This document shows, in pieces, positions 28,883 through 38,073 of a stretch of DNA of 53,017 bases. Position 1 is the first letter of the stretch. Every line of letters begins with the position of its first letter. Source of the stretch: Eubacteriales bacterium (GTDB lineage Bacteria > Bacillota > Clostridia > Oscillospirales > CAG-272); the NCBI GenBank assembly GCA_045649645.1, contig JAZRQH010000166.1:1-53017 (forward strand), given 5' to 3'. The translations under genes were made by a program, and so were the position numbers. Below the pieces are notes generated by a model, which saw only the letters and a program-made list of their open reading frames with translations, made no database searches and was not told where the DNA came from.

Positions 28883-28913
28883 TAAAATAAATTTATTTTT
28901 GGAGGAACAGAAA

Positions 28914-30149
28914 ATGTTCAAGAAAGTTTTAGCACTTCTTCTCGTTTGCGTTATGATGTTCTCCTTTGCTGCTTGTGCAACAAAGACCGGCACCGATGCA
29001 AACGAAACCGGTGACGTTGCTGATAACGGTAACGAAGCTGTTGACCTCAAGGTTGGTTTCATCTTCCTTCACGATGAAAACTCTACCTACGATAAGAACT
29101 TCATGGATGCAGCTAAAGAGGCTTGCGAGACCATGAACGTTGAGTACGCTCAGAAGACCCAGATTCCCGAGTCTACCGCTTGCTATGATGCAGCAGTAGA
29201 GCTTATCGAGTCTGACGGTTGTGACATCATCTTCGCTGACAGCTTTGGTCACGAGGCATTCCTTATGCAGGCTGCAGAGGAGTATCCCGAAATCCAGTTC
29301 TGCCATGCAACAGGTACTCAGGCACACACCGCTGGTCTTGACAACTTCCACAATGCGTTCGCTTCTATCTACCAGGGTAGATATCTTGCAGGTGTTGCTG
29401 CAGGTATGAAGCTCAACGAGATGATCGCTGCAGGCGAGATCACCGCTGAAGAGGCTAAGATGGGTTACGTTGGTGCCTTCACATTTGCTGAAGTTATCTC
29501 CGGTTATACCTCCTTCTACCTTGGCGCAAAGTCTGTTTGTCCTTCCGTAACCATGGACGTTAAGTTCACAGGTTCTTGGTATGACGAGCAGAAGGAAAAG
29601 GAAGCAGCTAACTCCCTTATCGGTGGCGGTTGCGTTCTTATTAGCCAGCACGCTGACTCCATGGGTGCTCCTACCGCATGTGAGACCGCAGGCGTTCCTA
29701 ACGTTTCCTACAACGGCAGCACTATTGCGGCTTGCCCCAATACCTTTATCGTATCCTCCAGAATCAACTGGGCTCCTTACTTTGAGTATATGATCCAGTG
29801 TGTAATGGACGGCAAGGCTATCGATACTGACTGGACAGGTACTCTTGAGACCGGTTCCGTTATGCTTACCGACGTAAACGAGGCTGCTGCAGCTGAAGGT
29901 ACTGCTGCTAAGCTTGAGGAAGTTAAGGCTGCTCTTAACGACGGTTCTCTCCAGGTATTCGATACTGCTAACTTTACCGTTGGCGGCGAGACCCTCACAA
30001 GCTACATGGCTGACGTTGATACCGACGATGCATTTACTCCCGATACAGAGGTTGTTGAGGGTGGCATCTTCTATGAGTCCAAGTTCCGTTCCGGTCCTTA
30101 CTTTGATGTAAGAATCGACGGCATCACTCTTCTCGACGAGGCATATTAA
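28914..30149 (+). CDS. BMP-family (PnrA/Med-like) nucleoside-binding lipoprotein of ABC importer
   Basis: Lipobox (MMFSFAAC). VGFIFLHDENSTYDKNF, GYVGAFTFAEVISG and ISQHADS follow the BMP pattern. ATG 28914 with GGAGG RBS is preferred over the upstream GTG 28815. Confidence 0.9.
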   Translation: MFKKVLALLLVCVMMFSFAACATKTGTDANETGDVADNGNEAVDLKVGFIFLHDENSTYDKNFMDAAKEACETMNVEYAQKTQIPESTACYDAAVELIESDGCDIIFADSFGHEAFLMQAAEEYPEIQFCHATGTQAHTAGLDNFHNAFASIYQGRYLAGVAAGMKLNEMIAAGEITAEEAKMGYVGAFTFAEVISGYTSFYLGAKSVCPSVTMDVKFTGSWYDEQKEKEAANSLIGGGCVLISQHADSMGAPTACETAGVPNVSYNGSTIAACPNTFIVSSRINWAPYFEYMIQCVMDGKAIDTDWTGTLETGSVMLTDVNEAAAAEGTAAKLEEVKAALNDGSLQVFDTANFTVGGETLTSYMADVDTDDAFTPDTEVVEGGIFYESKFRSGPYFDVRIDGITLLDEAY

Positions 30150-30157
30150 TCTTAATT

Positions 30158-30197
30158 GGATAAAGGCGAGGCGTTCGTCTCGCCTTATCCTAATTTT
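30158..30197 (+). terminator. intra-operon hairpin (partial terminator/attenuator) after the binding-protein gene
   Basis: GGATAAAGGCGAG-loop-CTCGCCTTATCC followed by TAATTTT. This is the typical arrangement giving excess binding-protein transcript. Confidence 0.5.
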
Positions 30198-30256
30198 GAA
30201 GATAGCGCTCTGCAGGCAGAACGTTATCTTGAGAATTATTATTACGGAGGCTTGAA

Positions 30257-31801
30257 GTGACAAACAAACCTGCTATTGAGTTAAAAAATATAACCAAGCG
30301 CTTCGGCGCAAAGGTAATAGCAAATAAGAATGTCTGTCTTACTGCAAATCACGGCGAGATCTTATCTATTCTCGGCGAGAACGGAAGCGGTAAGACTACT
30401 CTTATGAATATGATCTCGGGTATCTATTTTCCCGACGAGGGACAGATATTCGTAAACGGTGAAGAGGTAGTGATAACCTCTCCTAAGGATGCATTTTCCT
30501 ATAAGATCGGTATGATACATCAGCATTTTAAGCTTGTTGATGTTTTTACCGCTGCCGAAAATATTGTTCTTGGTATCGATGACGGTAAGTACGATCTTAA
30601 GAATTCCACCAAACAGATCAAGGAGATAAGCGAGCAGTACGGTTTCGAACTTGATCCCGATAAGAAGATATATACCATGTCTGTATCCGAAAAGCAGACT
30701 GTTGAGATAATCAAGGTTCTTTATCGCGGTGCGGATATTCTTATACTTGATGAGCCTACAGCGGTTCTTACTCCCCAGGAAACAGAAAAGCTCTTTGCGA
30801 TACTCCGCCGTATGCGTGATGACGGTAAATGCATCATCATCATTACCCACAAGCTCCACGAGGTTATGTCTCTGTCCGACAGAGTATCTGTACTTCGTAA
30901 GGGTGAGTACGTTGGTACTGTTGAGACAAAGAATACTACCGAGTCCGAGCTTACCGAGATGATGGTTGGTAAAAAGATATCTCTTAATATTGAGAGAAGT
31001 GACGTAAAGGATTCGGAGGACAGGCTGGTTGTCAAGGATCTTAACTGCTTTAACCGTGAGGGTGCTCAGGTGCTTCACAATATTTCCTTTACTGCAAAAT
31101 CCGGTGAGATACTTGGTATTGCAGGTATTGCAGGTAGCGGTCAGCGTGAGCTCCTCGAATCTATTGCAGGACTTCAGCACCTTGCAGGCGGTGAGATACT
31201 TTATTACAACCCCAATACAGGAAGTATAGATAATCTTCGCGACAAGAGCCCTGTTCAGATAAGAGAATTGGGTGTCCGTCTGTCATTCGTTCCCGAGGAC
31301 AGACTCGGCATGGGTCTTGTAGGAAATATGGACATTGTTGATAATATGATGCTCCGTAGCTACCGTAAGGGTAAGAGTATATTTGTTAAGCGTAAGGGTC
31401 CTAAGGACCTTGCAGCAAAGATAATCAACGACCTTGAGGTCGTAACACCCGGTGCCAACACACCTGTTCGACGTCTGTCGGGCGGTAACGTACAGAAGGT
31501 ACTTGTAGGAAGAGAGATAGCTGCATCTCCTACAGTACTTATGGTGGCATATCCCGTACGAGGTCTTGATATCAACTCCTCCTATATGATATATAATCTT
31601 CTCAATGAACAGAAGGAAAAGGGAGTTGCTATAATATTCGTAGGTGAGGACCTTGACGTACTTATCGAGCTTTGTGACCGCATAATGGTAATAGGCTCGG
31701 GCAGAATCACAGGTACTGTTGATGCGAGAACTGTTACTAAAGACGAAATAGGTCTTCTTATGACCAAGACATCAGATGAGAAGGGAGAAAACAATGGCTG
31801 A
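30257..31801 (+). CDS. ABC transporter ATP-binding protein with duplicated ATPase domains (nucleoside/sugar importer type)
   Basis: Two Walker A/signature sets (GENGSGKTT...VSEKQTVEI; GIAGSGQRE...LSGGNVQKV). GTG start with GGAGG RBS. Confidence 0.9.
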   Translation: MTNKPAIELKNITKRFGAKVIANKNVCLTANHGEILSILGENGSGKTTLMNMISGIYFPDEGQIFVNGEEVVITSPKDAFSYKIGMIHQHFKLVDVFTAAENIVLGIDDGKYDLKNSTKQIKEISEQYGFELDPDKKIYTMSVSEKQTVEIIKVLYRGADILILDEPTAVLTPQETEKLFAILRRMRDDGKCIIIITHKLHEVMSLSDRVSVLRKGEYVGTVETKNTTESELTEMMVGKKISLNIERSDVKDSEDRLVVKDLNCFNREGAQVLHNISFTAKSGEILGIAGIAGSGQRELLESIAGLQHLAGGEILYYNPNTGSIDNLRDKSPVQIRELGVRLSFVPEDRLGMGLVGNMDIVDNMMLRSYRKGKSIFVKRKGPKDLAAKIINDLEVVTPGANTPVRRLSGGNVQKVLVGREIAASPTVLMVAYPVRGLDINSSYMIYNLLNEQKEKGVAIIFVGEDLDVLIELCDRIMVIGSGRITGTVDARTVTKDEIGLLMTKTSDEKGENNG

Positions 31802-32909
31802 TAAATCAATTGTTAAGCATCACCGCGAGCCGCTGTTTCATGTAGCTAAGCGTGATGATATGATATGGTGGAAGGCTTGGCTTATCCGTATCGCTGCTAT
31901 TTTTCTTTCCATCTTTGCAATGAGCCTTGTTTCTATGGCTCTTACTGAAAAAACATTGTTTGAGACCCTTGAGATAATGTATCGAGGTGTTCTCGGTAGA
32001 ATAGAAGAAGGCTCTACGGTTATGCTGTGGAAATATCTCCAGCAGATCGCAATATTGCTGTGTCTGTCTCTTGCATTAACACCTGCCTTTAAGATGAAGT
32101 TTTGGAACTGCGGTGCAGAAGGACAGGCTCTTATGGGCGGTCTTGGTGCATTGATTGTTATGATCGAACTTGGTCCTAAGCTTCCTCACGGAGTGCTGAT
32201 GGTCGTTATAGTTGTTGTAAGTGTACTTGTCGGTGCTATATGGGGACTTCTACCTGCTTTGTTCAAGGCGTTCTTCAACACCAACGAGACTCTGTTCACT
32301 CTTATGATGAACTATATAGCTACACAGATAATAGCTTATTACGTATATATCAAGGGTGGCGGATCGAACGTAATTCAGCCTGTTGAATTCGGCAATTTCC
32401 CCAAGATCGGCGATAACAAGTATCTTGTCAATATAATCATTGTCGCTGTTCTTACTGTGCTCATGTATATATATCTTAAGTACAGCAAGCAGGGTTACGA
32501 AATATCCGTTGTCGGCGAAAGCCAGAATACCGCAAGATATATCGGTATCAATGTTAAAAAGGTCATTATCCGCACTATGTGTATTTCCGGCGCACTTTGC
32601 GGCGTAGCGGGTCTTCTACTTGTTTCGGGTACCGACCATACAATCCGTACAGATACGGTAGGCGGACAGGGCTTCACAGCTATTATGATGTCTTGGCTTG
32701 GTCAGTTCAATCCCTTTATTATGGTTGTTATGACTGCGCTTATCATCTTTCTCAAGCTTGGCGCAGGTAAGGTTGCCGATACCTGCAGACTTAACGCATC
32801 CTTCTCGGATATCTTCATTGGTGTTGTTATCCTCTGCGTTGTAGGCTGCGAGTTCTTTATCCGTTATACTATTAAATTCCGTCATCATAAGAAGGAGGGC
32901 AATGCATGA
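31794..32909 (+). CDS. ABC transporter permease (BPD_transp_2 type)
   Basis: Polytopic membrane protein. ATG 31794 overlaps the ATPase stop by 8 nt, with RBS AAGGGAGAA. Confidence 0.85.
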   Translation: MADKSIVKHHREPLFHVAKRDDMIWWKAWLIRIAAIFLSIFAMSLVSMALTEKTLFETLEIMYRGVLGRIEEGSTVMLWKYLQQIAILLCLSLALTPAFKMKFWNCGAEGQALMGGLGALIVMIELGPKLPHGVLMVVIVVVSVLVGAIWGLLPALFKAFFNTNETLFTLMMNYIATQIIAYYVYIKGGGSNVIQPVEFGNFPKIGDNKYLVNIIIVAVLTVLMYIYLKYSKQGYEISVVGESQNTARYIGINVKKVIIRTMCISGALCGVAGLLLVSGTDHTIRTDTVGGQGFTAIMMSWLGQFNPFIMVVMTALIIFLKLGAGKVADTCRLNASFSDIFIGVVILCVVGCEFFIRYTIKFRHHKKEGNA

Positions 32910-33895
32910 TAGTTCAGTTTATATACCGTGCTATATTACTTGGCGTGCCTCTCTTGTACGGTTCAACAGGTGAGATCATTACCGAAAAATCGGGTCACCT
33001 TAACCTCGGTATTCCCGGTATTATGTATATGGGTGCCATCAGCGGCGTTATCGGTTCATTTCTTTACGAAATGTCCTGCGGCAATGATATCACAAAGATG
33101 AATGCATTTCTTGCAATTATCATTCCTTTGATTTGCGCTATCGCAGGCTCGATGCTTATGGGTCTGATATACAGCTTCCTTACTGTAACTCTTAAGGCAA
33201 ACCAAAACGTTACAGGTCTTGCTATCACCACGTTTGGTATCGGTATGGGTAACTTCTTTGGCGGTTCTCTTATCAAGCTTACCGAAAGTGATATGCCCTC
33301 TATCGCACTTACCAAAACAAGCGGATTCTTCTCCGCAAAGCTGCCCTTTGCAGCAAAGCTTGGTTGGTTTGGAGAAATATTCCTGTCTCACGATTTCTTA
33401 ACCTACGTTGCAATTATTATTGCGGTTATTACATCTATTGTTCTTAACCGTACCCGTGTGGGTCTTAACCTCCGTTCTGTGGGTGAGAATCCCGCAACTG
33501 CCGATGCGGCGGGTATCAACGTTACAAGATATAAGTATATCGCAACTATGATCGGTAGTGCTGTTGCAGGTCTTGGTGGTCTTCAGTACGTTATGGCATA
33601 TGCGAACGGCGTATGGTCAAACAACGCATTCGGTGACCGTGGCTGGCTTGCTATAGCTCTTGTAATATTTGCACTTTGGAAGCCTTCTCTTGCTATCCTC
33701 GGTGCTTTCCTGTTCGGTGCACTCTGTAATGCTAACAACTATATTCAGGGTCTCGGCACAGAGACACAGGAGCTTTTCAAGATGCTTCCTTACGTGGTAA
33801 CTATTATAGTACTCGTATTTACCAGTATGCGTAAAAAGAGAGAGCATCAGCCTCCCGAAAGTCTTGGTCTAACTTACTTCAGAGAAGAAAGATAA
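32906..33895 (+). CDS. ABC transporter permease (second subunit)
   Basis: Polytopic membrane protein. ATGA start/stop overlap with the upstream permease, with RBS GAAGGAGGG. Confidence 0.85.
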   Translation: MIVQFIYRAILLGVPLLYGSTGEIITEKSGHLNLGIPGIMYMGAISGVIGSFLYEMSCGNDITKMNAFLAIIIPLICAIAGSMLMGLIYSFLTVTLKANQNVTGLAITTFGIGMGNFFGGSLIKLTESDMPSIALTKTSGFFSAKLPFAAKLGWFGEIFLSHDFLTYVAIIIAVITSIVLNRTRVGLNLRSVGENPATADAAGINVTRYKYIATMIGSAVAGLGGLQYVMAYANGVWSNNAFGDRGWLAIALVIFALWKPSLAILGAFLFGALCNANNYIQGLGTETQELFKMLPYVVTIIVLVFTSMRKKREHQPPESLGLTYFREER

Positions 33896-33925
33896 AAAAG
33901 AGCGTGTCATTGACACGCTCTTTTT
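33895..33925. terminator. bidirectional terminator between ABC operon and convergent methyltransferase gene
   Basis: AAAAAGAGCGTG-TCATTGA-CACGCTCTTTTT. Confidence 0.85.
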
Positions 33926-33926
33926 G

Positions 33927-34757
33927 TTATATCTTTGATTTGATACTATTTATATATTCGGGATTTGAACCGCAGCAACCGCCGAGATATACGGCTCCGT
34001 GCTCGATTGCGGGTATTACGTTTGCTACAAATGATTCAACGTCAAACTCTGTAACGGTCTTTCCGTCCTTTACTGTCTGAACTCCCGCATTGGGCTTGAA
34101 GATAAGAGGGAGGTCGGTATACTCCTTGAACTGTGCGATAACGGGAAGAGCAAGGTCGGGACCGAGAGAGCAGTTGAGACCGACTGCCGCAACCTTAAGG
34201 TCAGCAAGTCCGTCGATCATATCCTTGACCGAGTTACCCATTATGGTCCTTCCGTTTTTGTCAAAGCTCATTGTACAGAAAACGGGGACGTCATATTCGT
34301 TTGCAACCGATACCGCGATTCTGAGCATCTCGATATCCATAAAGGTCTCACATACCACAAGATCGGGATTTTCGCTCATTCCTGCGCCGATCTGCTCGCG
34401 GTATATGTCATAGCAGGTATCCTCCTCAAGATCGCCATAGGGCTCCAAAAGCTCAGTGAGAGGACCGATGTCAAGGGCAACCTTAACGTGTGTTCCTTCC
34501 GCCGCTTTCTTTGCCAATCTAACACCTGCTTTTACGATCTCTTCAACTGTATATTCGGTCTTGTCAACTGCTTCACGGTTTGCGCTGAAGGTGTTTGTGT
34601 ATATAATATCAGAGCCTGCTGCCATATATTCCTTATGCAGCTCGACCACGATATCTGGATTTTCGATATTAAATCTCCAAACAGGAATTGTCTTTTTTGC
34701 CTTGTCCCAAAGGCAGGTACCGCTGGCACCGTCCAACAGAAATATCTTCTTATCCAT
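33927..34757 (-). CDS. stand-alone homocysteine S-methyltransferase domain protein
   Basis: 276 aa. LLDGASGT, YTNTFSAN, GLNCSLGP and GGCCGSNPEYI, which are the Zn-binding Cys positions of the MetH/BHMT Hcy-binding domain. Confidence 0.85.
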   Translation of the reverse strand: MDKKIFLLDGASGTCLWDKAKKTIPVWRFNIENPDIVVELHKEYMAAGSDIIYTNTFSANREAVDKTEYTVEEIVKAGVRLAKKAAEGTHVKVALDIGPLTELLEPYGDLEEDTCYDIYREQIGAGMSENPDLVVCETFMDIEMLRIAVSVANEYDVPVFCTMSFDKNGRTIMGNSVKDMIDGLADLKVAAVGLNCSLGPDLALPVIAQFKEYTDLPLIFKPNAGVQTVKDGKTVTEFDVESFVANVIPAIEHGAVYLGGCCGSNPEYINSIKSKI

Positions 34758-36708
34758 TTTTATCCTCCGTTATATATTGATAGAAATTTGTATTTAATAT
34801 AGATCTTGATAAATTTAAGATCTGTTTAATATAATTTTTTGTGTTTTCCACGTCATTGTCGTCGGGTGCAGCTTCACCCGTTACTATAAGCTTGTTATCA
34901 GGTGCGTTGAATCTGAAATTCTTGCAAATAAAGCTCTGGTTGGCAAGGATCGCTATGTTTTCACCCTCACTCAGCACGTCCCGTCCCATAATGAGTCTCG
35001 AATCGTACTCAAAACCGAAGAGGTTGAGAAGGGTAGGAAGAATATCTATGGTAGAGCAGAGCTCATCTACAACTACAGGCTCATTCATACTGCCGCTCCA
35101 GCATATAAAGCTGTTTTTGTATCTTTCAAAATCGGTATCTATCTTTTTACCGGCAAACAGATTATAGTTATATTCATCAAGACCGTATGGGTAATGGTCA
35201 GTAGTAAGAACAATAACCGTCTTTTCTGCAATACCTGCTTCTTCAAGCCGCTTCATAAGATAACTCAACGCCTTTTCAAGCTCCATATTGCTTGATATGT
35301 ACGCTTTTACTGCGGTAGGATAATCTAAATTCTTGACAAGGCTTCTGTTACGAACACACATTATATTTGCCCAGTTGTACTGATAATGTCCGCTGAAGGT
35401 CATATAATATGTATGGAACTGTTTGCCGCCGTCAATATAATCGTCAACGCTCTCCACCATCATATCGTAGTCTGATGACGGCCAGGTTGGAGCGATATCA
35501 AGTCCGTTGTCAGGTGTCTTGAAGATATCGTATCCCATATTGGGATGTGTTATATTTCTTGAATAATACGTACCCAAAAAATTATGATAAGCATAAGTTT
35601 CTGCGCCTATGCTTTTAAAGGCATTACCCAATGCGAAGGGAAGAGCGTTTCCGGAGGATGCTATAAAGCTGTTATCCTTTTTTGATCTTGACAGATCGGG
35701 AAACAGACCCAGACAGTAGCTGTATTCTCCGTTTGTAGTTACCGAATCGTAGGAAGCATAGAAATTATTGAATATAAACCCTTCGTTTGCAAGCTTGTAC
35801 AGTGTCGGCGTTCTATCCTTATTGATAAGATAAGGAGAAAAGGATTCTGCACATATCATGATCAGGTTATGATCCTTGAAGATACCGCTATATTCGTTTT
35901 TCTTGGTTGGCTCAAGCTTTGCGAGTTCCGACGCAAGGGATGCACCCTCGGGTGAAGAACAGCTTTCTATAATGCTGTTGAAATCGATATCCATAACGTT
36001 ATATTCGTTATTTGAATAATCTTTAACGTCAACGTACAGAGTATCTGTATCAATAGCTTTCTTCAGATAATATTTCTTGAATATATTTTGCTGTAGCTCA
36101 AGACGGGTAGTTGTCAGAACACCAAGATTCTGAACCGAACTGTCGGTAGAGGTTTCAATAGAATGATACGCATCGTACACGGTATATGCACCCGTACCGC
36201 CTACCCCAAGCAGCATTACACATGCTGTATGTGCGATTATAACAATCGCAATGTTTATACAGGACAGTCTCATATTAAGCTTCTCAAAGCTTATAAAACC
36301 ACCTATCGTGATAAGTATGGTAAACAAGAGTATCGCGACGATGGCGATTATACTCCATACAGAATCTGTAATTCCTTGCTTTACCTGATCTCCGAAGTTA
36401 TCAAGTGCATCGTTGCCCATCTTCATTAAGGATACCGACATAAAAGAGCCGAATATCGTGTAATATACACTCTGTACACAGAAATATATACCTATAATAA
36501 TCGTTAATGAACAGTACAGTATTTTATTAATGAGAGGTTTGAAAAGGGAAGAAAGGGCATACAGTATCACAGATACGGGGATCATGAAGAAAGCGGTATA
36601 TATAAATCTTATATCTACAGCACCTACGGTAAACAGCTTAAGTATCAGCTCCAGATATATGAGCAGAAAATAACTGTATATAAGGGTATATGCCTTTTTT
36701 ACGCTCAT
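34750..36708 (-). CDS. LTA synthase family protein (membrane-anchored sulfatase-fold phosphoglycerol transferase-like)
   Basis: Five or so N-terminal TM segments followed by an extracellular sulfatase-like domain (NLIMICAESFS, VVLTTDHYPYG). 652 aa. AAGGAG RBS. Confidence 0.82.
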   Translation of the reverse strand: MSVKKAYTLIYSYFLLIYLELILKLFTVGAVDIRFIYTAFFMIPVSVILYALSSLFKPLINKILYCSLTIIIGIYFCVQSVYYTIFGSFMSVSLMKMGNDALDNFGDQVKQGITDSVWSIIAIVAILLFTILITIGGFISFEKLNMRLSCINIAIVIIAHTACVMLLGVGGTGAYTVYDAYHSIETSTDSSVQNLGVLTTTRLELQQNIFKKYYLKKAIDTDTLYVDVKDYSNNEYNVMDIDFNSIIESCSSPEGASLASELAKLEPTKKNEYSGIFKDHNLIMICAESFSPYLINKDRTPTLYKLANEGFIFNNFYASYDSVTTNGEYSYCLGLFPDLSRSKKDNSFIASSGNALPFALGNAFKSIGAETYAYHNFLGTYYSRNITHPNMGYDIFKTPDNGLDIAPTWPSSDYDMMVESVDDYIDGGKQFHTYYMTFSGHYQYNWANIMCVRNRSLVKNLDYPTAVKAYISSNMELEKALSYLMKRLEEAGIAEKTVIVLTTDHYPYGLDEYNYNLFAGKKIDTDFERYKNSFICWSGSMNEPVVVDELCSTIDILPTLLNLFGFEYDSRLIMGRDVLSEGENIAILANQSFICKNFRFNAPDNKLIVTGEAAPDDNDVENTKNYIKQILNLSRSILNTNFYQYITEDKNG

Positions 36709-36736
36709 ATATTACTCCTTTTTGCCGTTTTAATAT

Positions 36737-36765
36737 ATTATATCATATAAACGGAAACAATACAA
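36737..36765 (-). promoter_or_regulatory. sigma-A type promoter candidate TTGTAT-17-TATAAT for the LtaS-like operon
   Basis: The reverse complement reads TTGTAT TGTTTCCGTTTATATGA TATAAT. Confidence 0.5.
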
Positions 36766-36882
36766 GTTTTTGTCGCAAGCTTGGAATATATATAATCATA
36801 TTTCAGATATCAAAACGTGTCAATTAACAAATTTGTAGAATTTTATTCGGATTTTTTGTTGAAATTTTTAATATTAAATCGC

Positions 36883-36911
36883 TTTACAAAAGTGTATGTT
36901 TAAGGTATAAT
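36883..36911 (+). promoter_or_regulatory. sigma-A type promoter candidate TTTACA-17-TATAAT for the MtaA-like operon
   Basis: TTTACA at 36883-36888 and TATAAT at 36906-36911. Confidence 0.55.
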
Positions 36912-36932
36912 AATTATCGGTTACATAACAGC

Positions 36933-37017
36933 AGCACGACAGATATAATTTTTACGGTAAATATCAATCTTATGGTATCGAAGAGTAATTATTTTACCTG
37001 TTGTGCTATTTTTTTCC
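36933..37017 (+). promoter_or_regulatory. terminator-like long-range helix plus U-tract in the MtaA-like leader (possible attenuator)
   Basis: AGCACGACAG (36933-36942) pairs with CTGTTGTGCT (36998-37007), giving 10 bp with one G-U. ATTTTTTT follows, just before the AGGAGG RBS. The enclosed 55 nt are AT-rich. Confidence 0.3.
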
Positions 37018-37035
37018 TTGTTTAGGAGGCTATTT

Positions 37036-38073
37036 ATGACACATATGGAGCGTGTGCTGACCGCGATGTCGCACAAGGAACCCGATTATATCCCCGTATA
37101 TCCTATTCTCAGCGGTGTTACCCGTAATCTTGTTGGTGCTACCTATGAGGAATGGTCCAACAACGCTGACGTATGCGCCAATGCGCTTATCAAGGCGGCT
37201 GACGAGTATGATCTTGACTGTATCTGTACACTTATTGACCTTTCCGTTGAGTGTGATGCCTGGGGACAAAAGCTTGTTTTCCCTGAAAATGAAGCCGCTC
37301 ATCCCGATTATAAGAATCTTATCATCGAGGATATCGAGGATTATGCGAAGATCAAAAAGGTAGATTACAGAAACTCCAAGCGTATGATGATGCATATCGA
37401 CGTATGCAAGAAGCTTGTTGCAGAGAAAAAGGGCGAGCTTCCCATTATTGCCTTTGTATTCGGTCCTCTCGGTACACTTTCCATGATGCGCAGCCAGCAG
37501 GAGATGTATATGGATCTCTACGACGATCCCGATGCACTCAAGGATGCTGTGAGCGAGGTTACAGAGACTCTTTATGAGTACTGTGAGGCTATTGCCGATA
37601 CAGGTGTTGATGCTATTATGTTCGATACACTTTTTGCTTCCGGTTCTATTATGTCAGCTGATATGTGGTGCGAGTTCGAGGGTGAATATATCAAGAAGAT
37701 CTGTGATATGCTCCATGCCCGCGGTGTAAACGTTATGATACACAACTGCGGCAAGGACATCTATTTCGACGAGCAGATCGAATATATGGGTCCCTGTGCA
37801 ATTTCCTTCCTCTATCCTCCCAAGGGCTGTAAGAGCTTCAAGGAGTGCAAGGAAAAGTACGGAGATAAGCTTACACTTATTGGTGCGGTTACCCCTGCGT
37901 CAGCCGCTATAGGTACTGACGAGGAGTGGATAGCAGAGTGCAAGTCCAACATTGACGATATGAAGGCTAACGGCGGATTTATCCTTGCAACAGGATGTGA
38001 ATATCCCGCAAACGCAAGCTTTGACCGAGCAAAGATCATGGTTGATCTTGCTAAGACTTATGGCAAATATTGA
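37036..38073 (+). CDS. uroporphyrinogen decarboxylase-family methyltransferase (MtaA/CmuA-like, MT2 type)
   Basis: URO-D fold without the HemE N-terminal RQAGR-type motif. IHNCG and ATGCEYP match the His/Cys/Cys Zn-site pattern of MtaA/MtbA as I remember it. ATG 37036 with AGGAGG RBS. Confidence 0.8.
   Translation: MTHMERVLTAMSHKEPDYIPVYPILSGVTRNLVGATYEEWSNNADVCANALIKAADEYDLDCICTLIDLSVECDAWGQKLVFPENEAAHPDYKNLIIEDIEDYAKIKKVDYRNSKRMMMHIDVCKKLVAEKKGELPIIAFVFGPLGTLSMMRSQQEMYMDLYDDPDALKDAVSEVTETLYEYCEAIADTGVDAIMFDTLFASGSIMSADMWCEFEGEYIKKICDMLHARGVNVMIHNCGKDIYFDEQIEYMGPCAISFLYPPKGCKSFKECKEKYGDKLTLIGAVTPASAAIGTDEEWIAECKSNIDDMKANGGFILATGCEYPANASFDRAKIMVDLAKTYGKY

Noticed and set aside
28795-28913. 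Purine/guanine or other nucleoside-related riboswitch in the bmp leader
   Set aside because: I could not find the conserved purine-riboswitch junction sequences (UAUAAU...GAUAUGG...CUACC-type elements) or any other aptamer signature I know.
28929-30263. 444-aa minus-strand ORF, exactly as long as the track's plus-strand ORF 28815..30149
   Set aside because: It lies in the codon-aligned mirror frame of the BMP lipoprotein gene. Its translation is low-complexity and shows no recognisable motifs. The plus-strand product has clear BMP-family blocks, a lipobox and a GGAGG RBS.
36912-37035. Cobalamin riboswitch upstream of the MtaA-like/CobW-like operon
   Set aside because: The leader is only ~120 nt, very AT-rich, and lacks a B12-box-like GCCACUG element. 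That is too short for the class.
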